This document shows, one piece after another, positions 8,898-16,493 of a stretch of 30,168 bases of DNA. Every line of letters starts with the position of its first letter. Positions within the stretch are counted from its first letter, which is position 1. A program made the translations under genes and the position numbers. Origin of the DNA: Bacteroidales bacterium (GTDB lineage: Bacteria > Bacteroidota > Bacteroidia > Bacteroidales > Azobacteroidaceae). The notes under the pieces are model-generated. The model had not been told where the DNA came from and did no database searches. It worked only from the letters and a program-made list of their open reading frames with translations. The DNA is taken from the NCBI GenBank assembly GCA_031556755.1, contig JAVBSK010000248.1, forward strand, positions 1 through 30,168. The letters run 5' to 3'.

Positions 8898-10559
8898 ATG
8901 AAAAATAAATTATTCGTTTCTGTACTTTTACTCGTTTCCTCTATTTCTATTTTCGGACAGGGAGAAGCCGGCAGAAAACTCAATATGGTGATGTTTGCCA
9001 TCGAAAACATGTATGTGGATAACGTGGATGGGAATAAACTGGCGGAAAACGCCATTATCGCTCTGCTAAAAGAATTAGACCCACACTCCAATTACCTGAA
9101 CGTAGACGAAGTGAAAGAAATGAATGAACCTCTGCAGGGTAATTTCGACGGCATCGGGATTCAATTCAACATGCTGACCGACACGCTCTACGTAGTAAGC
9201 GTGATATCGGGAGGCCCCTCCGATAAAGTAGGATTGCTGGCCGGAGATCGCATTATCTCCGTGGAAGACAGCCTGATATCCGGAGTAAAAATGAAAAGCA
9301 CCGATATCATGAAAAAATTACGAGGAAAAAAAGGAACTACCGTCAATGTGAAAGTTCTTCGCAGCGGGGTGCCCGACCTCATCAGTTTCAAGATTATCCG
9401 AGACAAGATTCCCATCTACAGCTTGGAGGCTTCCTACATGATTGATAAGGAAACTGGTTACATTCGTTTGAACCGCTTTGCAGCGACAAGCCACGAAGAG
9501 TTTATCAAAGCATTCAAAGACTTGAAAACAAAGGGAATGAAAAATCTCATCTTTGATTTACAAGGCAACGGCGGAGGGTATCTGCAAGCAGCAACCGAAA
9601 TCGCTGACGAATTTCTCGGAAACAATAAAACAATCGTTTACACCGAAGGAGCCAAACAAAAGAGAGAAGATATGGAAGCTTCCGGGAAAGGGTTATTCGA
9701 AACCGGAAAATTAGTCGTGTTGATTGATGAAACATCGGCTTCGGCCAGCGAAATCGTCACGGGAGCTGTCCAAGATTGGGACAGAGCCGTCGTCGTCGGA
9801 AGAAGAAGTTTCGGAAAAGGACTGGTACAAAGGCCGATTCCACTACCCGACGGTTCCATGATCCGCCTCACAACCGCTCGTTATCATACGCCAACCGGCC
9901 GTTGCATTCAGAAACCATACGAAAGTGGAGACTCCGACAGTTACAATAAAGATTTAGCCGACCGCTACAACCGTGGAGAAATGCTTAGTGCAGACAGCAT
10001 TCATTTTCCGGATTCGTTGAAATACAATACCTTGGTAAACAAACGTGTAGTTTATGGGGGAGGTGGGATCATGCCTGATTATTTTGTTCCTGTCGACACA
10101 ACCAAATTTACCGCCTTTCATCGCAACCTGGTAGCCAAAGGAACAATGAACAAGGTGGTTATGAATTATATCGACAAAAACAGGACTTTCCTCAAGAAAG
10201 AATATCCGAACATCAAAAAGTTCATCAATAAATTCACGGTTGAAGAGCAACTGATGAATGAATTGCTGGTCATGGCCAAGGCCGATAAAACAGCTCAGTA
10301 TATTGACCAGGACCAAGAGGAAGACAACAAGCAAAATGCGGACTCCATTCAATCCAACGAATTGACACAAAAAGACATGGAAGAATTTAAAAAATCTTCC
10401 CCTCTGATAAAAATCCAACTAAAAGCGTTGATAGCAAGAGATCTGTGGGAAATGAGCGAATACTTTCAGGTCATGAATCAGGAAAACGACTCTTACATCA
10501 AAGCCATAGAAATAATAGGAAACACAGAACTTTACAATAAAATACTGAAAGGGAAGTGA
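8898..10559 (+). CDS. Carboxy-terminal processing protease (S41A, PDZ-containing)
   Basis: Signal peptide; LDPHSNY; PDZ (FDGIGIQF); DLQGNGGG; SASASEIV (catalytic Ser); SFGKGLVQ (catalytic Lys); GGGGIMPD. Confidence 0.93.
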   Translation: MKNKLFVSVLLLVSSISIFGQGEAGRKLNMVMFAIENMYVDNVDGNKLAENAIIALLKELDPHSNYLNVDEVKEMNEPLQGNFDGIGIQFNMLTDTLYVVSVISGGPSDKVGLLAGDRIISVEDSLISGVKMKSTDIMKKLRGKKGTTVNVKVLRSGVPDLISFKIIRDKIPIYSLEASYMIDKETGYIRLNRFAATSHEEFIKAFKDLKTKGMKNLIFDLQGNGGGYLQAATEIADEFLGNNKTIVYTEGAKQKREDMEASGKGLFETGKLVVLIDETSASASEIVTGAVQDWDRAVVVGRRSFGKGLVQRPIPLPDGSMIRLTTARYHTPTGRCIQKPYESGDSDSYNKDLADRYNRGEMLSADSIHFPDSLKYNTLVNKRVVYGGGGIMPDYFVPVDTTKFTAFHRNLVAKGTMNKVVMNYIDKNRTFLKKEYPNIKKFINKFTVEEQLMNELLVMAKADKTAQYIDQDQEEDNKQNADSIQSNELTQKDMEEFKKSSPLIKIQLKALIARDLWEMSEYFQVMNQENDSYIKAIEIIGNTELYNKILKGK

Positions 10560-10595
10560 TTCTGAACCCTAATTGTTATTCATCCGGGTTTCTAT

Positions 10596-11465
10596 ATGAA
10601 GAATGTACTCAATGAAATATATTTCAGGATATTATACGGGCTGGCTTATTTAGTCAGCCTGCTTCCTTATTCCGTCTTATATGCATTTTCATTTCTCAGT
10701 TACATATTTGTGTACAACATATTCGGGTACCGTAAAACCGTAGTAATCCAGAACATATCGCGTTCTTTTCCCTCAAAAAACTACGACGATATAAAAAATA
10801 TAAGCAAAGATTTTTACCGGAAATTTGTCGACCATTTCGTTGAAATCTTAAAACTTCGCTCCGTATCTCCCCGGAAGTTAGCCCGGCGCGTACAGTTTGT
10901 CAACTTCGATATCATCAAAAAATATTTGGCAGAAGGACGAAAAGTAATTGTAGGAGTAGGACACTGTGGAAACTGGGAAATGTTTAATATATTACCTTAC
11001 AGCGAATCATTGGAGATGTATGTAGTTTATAAACCTCTAAGGAATAAAATACAGGACCGCATCATGTTCAGGTTACGCACCCGCTTCGGAGTTAAGATGA
11101 TTCCCGCCAAACAAATTGGAAGACATATCCTGAAAAATAAAGGAATTCCACAAGCCTATTTTCTCATCGGAGATCAATGCCCAAGCAGGGTAGATGAAAC
11201 ATACAGGATGACTTTCCTGAACCAATCTTCCGCCATGTTCCCTGGAATTGAAAAGTTAAGTATAGCTTGTGATGCTGTCGTTACTTACCTGAACATCACA
11301 CAGAAAAAAAGGGGATATTACAAGGTGGAATGTATACTACTGACAGAAAAACCCAAAACCATGAAAGAAACCGAAATCACCCGTCGTTATGCAGATTTGC
11401 TGGAAGCAAATATCAAACAGGAACCATCAGGATGGTTGTGGACGCATAAAAGATGGAAACGTTGA
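10596..11465 (+). CDS. Lipid A lauroyl/myristoyl acyltransferase family (LpxL/HtrB-like)
   Basis: N-terminal membrane anchor; GYRKTVVIQNISRSFP; catalytic HxxNWE (GHCGNWE); YKPLRN; GDQCP; C-terminal WLWTHKRWK. Confidence 0.88.
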   Translation: MKNVLNEIYFRILYGLAYLVSLLPYSVLYAFSFLSYIFVYNIFGYRKTVVIQNISRSFPSKNYDDIKNISKDFYRKFVDHFVEILKLRSVSPRKLARRVQFVNFDIIKKYLAEGRKVIVGVGHCGNWEMFNILPYSESLEMYVVYKPLRNKIQDRIMFRLRTRFGVKMIPAKQIGRHILKNKGIPQAYFLIGDQCPSRVDETYRMTFLNQSSAMFPGIEKLSIACDAVVTYLNITQKKRGYYKVECILLTEKPKTMKETEITRRYADLLEANIKQEPSGWLWTHKRWKR

Positions 11466-11600
11466 AAAAACAATCCTTTTGGAAATTAATTCCGGAACAA
11501 GAATAATCACTGGTTGCGAACACAGAAAAGACAAATACAAAAATAAGATTTTGAATACAAACTTTTTGCTAAAAACGAACCGTAAAAAAGAAAAAAATTG

Positions 11601-11608
11601 TAATTTCG
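11601..11608 (+). promoter_or_regulatory. Possible -7 promoter box (one mismatch) for serC-pgk
   Basis: TAATTTCG(CA) versus consensus TAnnTTTG(CA), 44 bp upstream of the serC ATG. Confidence 0.4.
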
Positions 11609-11652
11609 CAGTCGGAAATAATAACATTTTATTCTAAATAAATTTTTCAATT

Positions 11653-12723
11653 ATGAAGAAGTATAATTTCAATGCAGGACCTTCCATCCTACCCAAAGAG
11701 ACCATCGAAGAAACAGCAAAAGCAATCATGGATTTCAACGGTTCGGGACTTTCGATCATGGAAATCAGTCACCGTTCAAAAGATTTTGAAGCAGTGATGG
11801 ATGAAGCTATCGCTTTATTCAAAGAATTATTGAATATTCCGGAAGGTTATTCGGTATTGTTCCTTGGAGGAGGTGCAAGTCTCCAATTCTCAATGGTTCC
11901 ATTCAACTTTTTCAATAAAAAGGCCGCTTATCTGAATACAGGCACCTGGGCGTCGAAAGCATTGAAAGAAGCGAAATTTTTCGGAGAAACAATAGAAGTA
12001 GCATCCTCCAAAGATGCCAATTTCTCATATATTCCTAAAAACTACACCGTTCCCGCCGATGCGGATTATTTCCACATCACAACCAACAACACCATTTTCG
12101 GGACGGAAATCAGAACAGATATTGATTCTCCCATACCTTTGGTAGCAGACATGTCTTCCGATATTTTTTCCCGTCCGGTCGATGTATCCAAATATGTACT
12201 TATATATGGCGGTGCACAAAAGAACCTGGCTCCTGCCGGTGTCACTTTTGTTATTGTCAAAGATGATATGCTGGGAAAATTAGAACGTCAGATACCAACG
12301 ATGTTGGATTACCGAACACACATCAAGGACGGTTCCATGTTCAATACTCCTCCCGTCGTTCCTATTTATGCAGCCTTGCAAACATTGAGATGGTTGAAAG
12401 CATTGGGAGGTTTAGAAGTTATGGAAAAAATAAACCTTGAAAAAGCAGCCATTCTGTATGATGAAATCGACAGAAACACCGTGTTCAAAGGTACAGCAGC
12501 TAAGGAAGATCGCTCCATTATGAATGTTTGTTTCGTAATGAACGACGGTTTTGAGAATTTAGAAGAAGAATTCTATAAATATGCAACATCAAAAGGAATG
12601 GTCGGTATCAAGGGACATCGTTCTGTCGGCGGATTCCGCGCTTCTATCTACAATGCAATGCCCAGAGAAAGCGTTCAAGCATTGGTGGATATAATGAAAG
12701 AATTTGAAGCAATAAAAAAATAA
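11653..12723 (+). CDS. serC: 3-phosphoserine/phosphohydroxythreonine aminotransferase
   Basis: [41 protein letters not shown] (PLP lysine), [19 protein letters not shown]. Confidence 0.97.
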   Translation: MKKYNFNAGPSILPKETIEETAKAIMDFNGSGLSIMEISHRSKDFEAVMDEAIALFKELLNIPEGYSVLFLGGGASLQFSMVPFNFFNKKAAYLNTGTWASKALKEAKFFGETIEVASSKDANFSYIPKNYTVPADADYFHITTNNTIFGTEIRTDIDSPIPLVADMSSDIFSRPVDVSKYVLIYGGAQKNLAPAGVTFVIVKDDMLGKLERQIPTMLDYRTHIKDGSMFNTPPVVPIYAALQTLRWLKALGGLEVMEKINLEKAAILYDEIDRNTVFKGTAAKEDRSIMNVCFVMNDGFENLEEEFYKYATSKGMVGIKGHRSVGGFRASIYNAMPRESVQALVDIMKEFEAIKK

Positions 12724-12748
12724 ATATCTAAAATACAACTCATTAAGT

Positions 12749-14011
12749 ATGCAAACAATTGACGGATTCAACTTTGCCGGAAGCAAAGTTTTTGTGAGAG
12801 TAGATTTCAACGTTCCTTTGAATGAAAATTTTGAGATTACAGATGATACCCGTATCCGCGCAGCTCTCCCCACTTTGAAGAAAATCATCAATGATGGAGG
12901 AGCACTGATCATCGGATCTCACCTGGGACGCCCGAAAGGTGTTACTGATAAATATTCCCTGAAACACATCATAGGACGAGTTTCCGAATTGTTGGGTGTA
13001 GATATTCAATTTGCCAATGACTGTATGGGAGCGGAAACGGCTGAAAAAACGGCTAACCTGAAAGCCGGAGAAGTTTTGATGTTGGAAAACCTTCGTTTTT
13101 ATGCCGAAGAAGAAGGAAAACCCAGAGGCCTGGCAGAAGATGCTACGGACGAAGAAAAAGCAGCAGCTAAAAAAGCTGTGAAAGAAAGCCAAAAATCGTT
13201 CACAAAAAACCTGGCCTCTTATGCCACCGTATATGTTAACGACGCTTTTGGAACTGCACACCGCGCCCATGCATCCACCGCACTGATCGCCGACTATTTC
13301 GATGCAGAACACAAATTATTCGGATTCCTGATGCAAAAAGAAATTGATGCAGTTGAAAAAGTAATGAAAGACACCGCCCGTCCGTTTACAGCAATCATGG
13401 GTGGTTCTAAAGTTTCTTCAAAGATAGAAATTATAGAAAACCTGATGACTAAGGTAGATAACCTGATTATTGCGGGGGGAATGACTTACACTTTCACTAA
13501 AGCATTGGGCGGTCAAATCGGCATGTCAATCTGCGAAGATGACAAACTGGATCTGGCGCTTGAATTATTAGAGAAAGCTAAAGCAAGCAATGTGAATATC
13601 GTATTGGCGGTTGACGCTAAAATCGGCGATGATTTTAGCAATGACGCTAACACTCAGCTTGTTAACGTAAGAGAAATTCCTGATGGATGGGAAGGTTTGG
13701 ATATCGGCCCAAAAACAGAGGAAATTTTTGCAGATATCATTAAAAAATCAAAAACAATCCTTTGGAATGGCCCTACGGGAGTATTCGAATTCGAAAACTT
13801 TACTCATGGATCCCGTTCTGTCGCCAATGCAATCGTTGAAGCAACCGCTAACGGAGCTTTTTCTCTGGTCGGAGGAGGAGATTCTGTCGCCTGCGTAAAT
13901 AAATTCGGAGTAGCAGACAAAGTTTCCTATGTATCCACAGGAGGTGGCGCTTTACTTGAATTCATCGAAGGCAAAGAACTTCCGGGAATCAAAGCGATCA
14001 GAGGATATTAA
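12749..14011 (+). CDS. pgk: Phosphoglycerate kinase
   Basis: [61 protein letters not shown]. Confidence 0.98.
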   Translation: MQTIDGFNFAGSKVFVRVDFNVPLNENFEITDDTRIRAALPTLKKIINDGGALIIGSHLGRPKGVTDKYSLKHIIGRVSELLGVDIQFANDCMGAETAEKTANLKAGEVLMLENLRFYAEEEGKPRGLAEDATDEEKAAAKKAVKESQKSFTKNLASYATVYVNDAFGTAHRAHASTALIADYFDAEHKLFGFLMQKEIDAVEKVMKDTARPFTAIMGGSKVSSKIEIIENLMTKVDNLIIAGGMTYTFTKALGGQIGMSICEDDKLDLALELLEKAKASNVNIVLAVDAKIGDDFSNDANTQLVNVREIPDGWEGLDIGPKTEEIFADIIKKSKTILWNGPTGVFEFENFTHGSRSVANAIVEATANGAFSLVGGGDSVACVNKFGVADKVSYVSTGGGALLEFIEGKELPGIKAIRGY

Positions 14012-14028
14012 TAGCTGACATCATTCAC

Positions 14029-14078
14029 AACACAAAGGCACGGAGAGAGCATATTATGCGACTTTGTGTCTTCGTGTT
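14029..14078. repeat. Imperfect palindromic element after pgk (possible terminator or REP-like unit)
   Basis: AACACAAAGGCACGGAG (14029-14045) pairs with CTTTGTGTCTTCGTGTT (14062-14078) at 16 of 17 positions counting G-U. The spacer contains GCAT-ATT-ATGC, and a short T run follows. Confidence 0.7.
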
Positions 14079-14098
14079 TTTAAATAATTTCTTTTTCA

Positions 14099-15340
14099 AT
14101 GGTCAATGCAAGTATTATTACGATTGGAGACGAACTACTGATCGGACAAGTCATCGATACAAACTCAGCCTGGATAGCTAAAGAATTAAATAAAATCGGA
14201 TTCGACGTCATTTACAAAGCAACGGTAGGGGACAACGAACAGAGCATCATATCAGCTTTCGACGAGGCGTTTTCCAAGTCTTCCGTAATACTTGTCACCG
14301 GCGGCATTGGACCGACCAAAGACGACATCACAAAAAAAACACTTTGCAAATATTTCAATACCAACCTAATATTCAATGAAGATGTTTTACAAAATGTCAA
14401 AGACATTTTTTGCCGTTCCGGACGTACAATCAATGAATTGTCTATGAATCAGGCTTATGTACCAGAACAATGCACCGTCATTCAGAACAAAACAGGGACA
14501 GCTCCGTGTACATGGTTCGAACGCGATGGAAAAGTCCTGGTTTCCATGCCCGGAGTTCCTTATGAAATGAAATGGTTGGTGTCGAATGAAGTTATTTCCC
14601 GTTTGCAGACTTTCTTCAAACAGACGGATTCCATCCAGCATCGTACGTTTCTGGTACATCATTATTCCGAATCCGGCTTAGCCATCCATCTTGCTGATTT
14701 TGAAAAAAACCTACCAGAAAACCTGAATCTGGCATATCTTCCCTCCTACGGAATCATCCGATTGAGAATTACTGGAAAACATGCCAACAAAGATTTACTT
14801 TCTTCTCTGATGGAAGAAGAAAAAAATAAATTATTCACATTATTGAAAGAAAACATCGTCGCGGAAAGCGAAGATTCATTAGAAATTCTATTAGGTAACA
14901 TATTAAAAGAAAAAAGATTAACTTTGAGCGTTGCAGAAAGCTGCACCGGAGGTTATATCTCACATAAAATCACTTCAGTATCAGGAAGTTCCTCTTATTT
15001 CAAAGGAGGTATAGTTTCTTATGCCAACGAAATCAAGGAAAATATACTTGACGTCAAAGAGTCGGAACTGATACAATTTGGCGCAGTTAGCGAACCTGTC
15101 GTACAACAAATGGCAAAAGGAGTTCAAAGGATATTCAATACGGACTGCTCCATTGCCACTTCGGGAATCGCAGGACCTGACGGAGGTTCTGAAGAAAAAC
15201 CGGTAGGTACAGTATGGATTTGCGCCCGTTACAAAGAAAAAATGGTTTCCGGAAAGTTTATATTTGGAATCAGCCGGGAAATGAATATAGAAAGAGCATC
15301 AATAGCAGGATTATCAATGCTTTACGAACTTATAAAATAA
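14099..15340 (+). CDS. cinA: CinA family protein (MoCF-binding-like domain fused to a PncC NMN deamidase domain)
   Basis: IGDELLIGQVIDTNS, TGGIGPTKDDIT, NKTGTAP, MPGVPYEM, AESCTGG, HGAVS-like FGAVSE, TSGIAGPDGG. Confidence 0.95.
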   Translation: MVNASIITIGDELLIGQVIDTNSAWIAKELNKIGFDVIYKATVGDNEQSIISAFDEAFSKSSVILVTGGIGPTKDDITKKTLCKYFNTNLIFNEDVLQNVKDIFCRSGRTINELSMNQAYVPEQCTVIQNKTGTAPCTWFERDGKVLVSMPGVPYEMKWLVSNEVISRLQTFFKQTDSIQHRTFLVHHYSESGLAIHLADFEKNLPENLNLAYLPSYGIIRLRITGKHANKDLLSSLMEEEKNKLFTLLKENIVAESEDSLEILLGNILKEKRLTLSVAESCTGGYISHKITSVSGSSSYFKGGIVSYANEIKENILDVKESELIQFGAVSEPVVQQMAKGVQRIFNTDCSIATSGIAGPDGGSEEKPVGTVWICARYKEKMVSGKFIFGISREMNIERASIAGLSMLYELIK

Positions 15341-15365
15341 CATACATATACTTAAAAAAAGAAAC

Positions 15366-16157
15366 ATGAAACGATTAATCTTTGTATTTCTCGTCTCATT
15401 TTGTGTGCATTCCATTACTTTTTCGCAAGAAAAAGAAGTGGACAAAAACGCAACAAATGAGATATTGCCCCAAGTTGGAGACTTCGGACTATCCATTGAC
15501 GCCTCTCCTGTTTTAACCTATCTGGGAAAATGCTTCAGTGATGAAGGAGCAGACGGAAGTAATTTATTTCAAAACGTTCAGCTTTTCGGAATGTATATTC
15601 TGAAAGACGATGTTACTCTCAGACTCGGATTAAACATGGCTTTCCCTAATCAGACACAGGACAGTTATGAACCCAAAACCTTTCCAAGGGATCAAATGGT
15701 CAAGAATTCGATCAGCGAGTCTTCGTCATTGTTGGAATTATCTTTCGGTTACGCTTTCACCCGTGGATATAAGCGTTTACAGGCTTTTTACGGACCCGAA
15801 ATCGCCTTGGGATTCCAACAGTCATCCTCCAGTTATGAATGGGGAAATGAATTAGTCAATTCGATTTATATGAATCCGACGACAAGACCGCTGGAATATG
15901 AATCTGGAACCAATTTCTATACCGTCTTAGGAGGCTTTGTCGGAGTCGAATATTATTTTGCTCCCAGAATGTCGGTCTCCGGAGAATTCGGATTGAGGTG
16001 TTCGTTTTTTTCTGCCGGAGAAGGAACGACCAAGATCGAATACTGGGATACGGATACATTGACAGCCAAAGAAAAAGAGTATAAGACCGGAGGTGGGAAG
16101 GGATTTAATTTTGAAACCGTCACCCGGGGAAACCTGGCCGTCAATTTCTATTTCTAA
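15366..16157 (+). CDS. Uncharacterised outer-membrane beta-barrel protein
   Basis: Signal peptide ending TFS-Q; alternating amphipathic strands (LRLGLNM, LELSFGY, FYGPEIALGF, GFVGVEYYF, SVSGEFGL); C-terminal beta signal VNFYF. Confidence 0.85.
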   Translation: MKRLIFVFLVSFCVHSITFSQEKEVDKNATNEILPQVGDFGLSIDASPVLTYLGKCFSDEGADGSNLFQNVQLFGMYILKDDVTLRLGLNMAFPNQTQDSYEPKTFPRDQMVKNSISESSSLLELSFGYAFTRGYKRLQAFYGPEIALGFQQSSSSYEWGNELVNSIYMNPTTRPLEYESGTNFYTVLGGFVGVEYYFAPRMSVSGEFGLRCSFFSAGEGTTKIEYWDTDTLTAKEKEYKTGGGKGFNFETVTRGNLAVNFYF

Positions 16158-16205
16158 GACTTTGATTTTTTGGAGTAAAAACTTTATCAAATAAACAAAA
16201 TGTTA

Positions 16206-16213
16206 TACTTTTG
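16206..16213 (+). promoter_or_regulatory. -7 promoter box for mutAB
   Basis: TACTTTTG(CG), with TTTA at 16183-16186 (19 bp spacer) as a -33-like box. It implies a leader of about 275 nt. Confidence 0.6.
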
Positions 16214-16493
16214 CGAGGTTATTGTCGCTAAAGCGGACTGTTGAGTATATTTTGAATTTATTTACACCTTTGATTTTATCAAAATGAAACGAAGCATGAT
16301 TTTTCACAAAATCGTCAAAGTAGTTGATAATAAAAATTATGCAAGCTCCATATACCTAAAAAACAAATGATTACCAGGTGAAATGATATGAAGATTATAA
16401 CTAATTTTATTCCATCTTCCATTTCTGGATTTTACCAAATTTACGATACAATAATAAAGCTTATCTATTACATCTAATTCAATCAATAAATCT

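Noticed and set aside
9954-10418. 154 aa hydrophobic-looking minus-strand ORF
   Set aside because: Entirely antisense to the S41 protease. The F/V/L richness is the complement of Lys/Asn/Glu codons.
13107-13200. Charged insertion in Pgk ([26 protein letters not shown])
   Set aside because: From memory, this is a common Bacteroidales Pgk feature and is not specific to this genome.
12743-13312. 189 aa minus-strand ORF
   Set aside because: Antisense shadow of the highly conserved pgk.
16269-16283. TTTGAT-TTT-ATCAAA inverted repeat resembling an FNR/CRP box in the mutA leader
   Set aside because: The spacer is 3 nt rather than the 4 nt of TTGAT-N4-ATCAA, and such AT-only palindromes are expected by chance here.
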